A DNA stretch of 61,845 nt, the filler included, from Choristocarpus tenellus KU-1152 (Eukaryota > Protista > Phaeophyceae), in the NCBI GenBank assembly GCA_964200185.2. It is 10 parts of 10 records of this genome, joined end to end, with 100 filler letters (N's around TTAATTAATTAA, not from the genome) between each part and the next. Parts side by side here need not be neighbours in the genome. Positions count along the whole stretch, not along the records: positions 50,058 to 61,845 come from CAXNAD020002139.1; 9 more parts are not named here. One strand, given 5' to 3'. Shown here one piece after another: positions 61,144 through 61,845 of this stretch (positions within the stretch are counted from its first letter, which is position 1; every line of letters starts with the position of its first letter). The translations under genes and the position numbers were made by a program. Under the pieces are notes generated by a model that worked only from the letters and a program-made list of their open reading frames with translations, did not search any database and was not told the DNA's origin.

Positions 61144-61541
61144 TATATACGAGATTAGTAACACATAGGTAGCCTTACAGAATAAATGCTGAATTCGTAG
61201 AAGATACAGAGTAAAGGCTGCCTGACACCCAACGAACTGTTACCAAGGGCAACGTCCCCATAATAGCGTGATTTTAAGGTCGTTGGATTTGAGTTACACA
61301 TCCTGTGGAGGTGAGTTCTGGGGCGCGCTGTAACACTTACGCACAGAATACCTACCCCACGAACACACAAACTCCATAACAATGACAAAGAGACTGAAGT
61401 AAAATATATACTACCTCCGTGCCATAAGTCTGTGTCGCATTGTCCATAACTTTTGAAGATGATGAAACTCATTTCTGAAAGGAGATTTGGAATACTTGAT
61501 GAATTTCTGGTTAGTAGGGTCAGCTCTTATTTTTATTAGTA

Positions 61542-61845
61542 CTCCCCATCCATCACAATTTTATCAGCCACAGAAAAAGCCTCCATGTCTACCTTCGGCG
61601 TGTTTTAAAGCTCACCAGAAAACTGCCTCTTCCTTACCCCTGTGTGCTCCACACTGAACTCATTCCCCCCTTTGTATCTAAGTAGTTGATTGTATACCAC
61701 AAAAAGGAGCTGCCAAGCCCTCTCAAGTGTGGTTTCATCATACTCCTCATACTGTTTCAAAATGAACTTCACCATCCAAACCGCTCCCCCATCACCCGGC
61801 ATTTCAAAGACCTGAAGAAGCACAGGTCCATGGTATTGAGGTCGG
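61542..61845 (-). mobile_element. Tc1/mariner (plant-mariner/DD39D-like) element 3' end with frameshifted transposase C-terminus
   Basis: PDLNTMDLCFFRSLK (SPDLN.LDLGFF motif with the third catalytic D), then YEEYDETTLERAWQLLFVVYNQLLRYKGGNEFSVEH. The putative end TA-CTCCCCATCC resembles a Stowaway/mariner TIR. Confidence 0.85.

Noticed and set aside
1-61845. Endogenous giant virus (phaeovirus) or prokaryotic defence island
   Set aside because: No dense intronless gene array, viral core gene, integrase or operon-like organisation is visible.

Overview
Eukaryotic, repeat-rich, intron-containing DNA, most consistent with a brown alga or close stramenopile relative. This is an inference from Ectocarpus-like TE proteins, bipartite plastid-targeting N-termini, kb-long introns and TTAGGG blocks. 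The window is not one locus: ten short contigs are joined by nine artificial 100-bp N44-TTAATTAATTAA-N44 linkers, so adjacency across linkers is meaningless. Host genes reconstructed by hand from GT-AG exon chains: a complete 6-exon guanylate kinase (+, 282 aa, plastid-type leader); a complete 6-exon plastid-targeted FAD monooxygenase of the ZEP/UbiH superfamily (-, 432 aa); an internal 6-exon part of VPS34 with an intact tRNA-Arg(UCG) in one intron; part of a SHPRH-like SNF2 helicase (-); and the last two exons of a gene with a ZU5-like domain carrying an HF-T autoproteolysis-type motif (-). Most of the rest is mobile DNA: about 18 copies or fragments of three MITE families sharing GA(G/C)YCAAAGTA termini (Sola2-like, 4-bp or apparently 3-bp TSDs), a CRE-clade RLE retrotransposon with several stray 3' ends, two related Ty3/Gypsy elements with ~0.4-kb LTRs, many decayed RTE-like LINEs and two plant-mariner-like transposase fragments. 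The best novelty candidates are the ZU5/HFT protein, the three-family MITE system with no visible transposase, the apparent target preference of the CRE element, and a CpG-decay signature. All family assignments come from motif recognition, not database searches.
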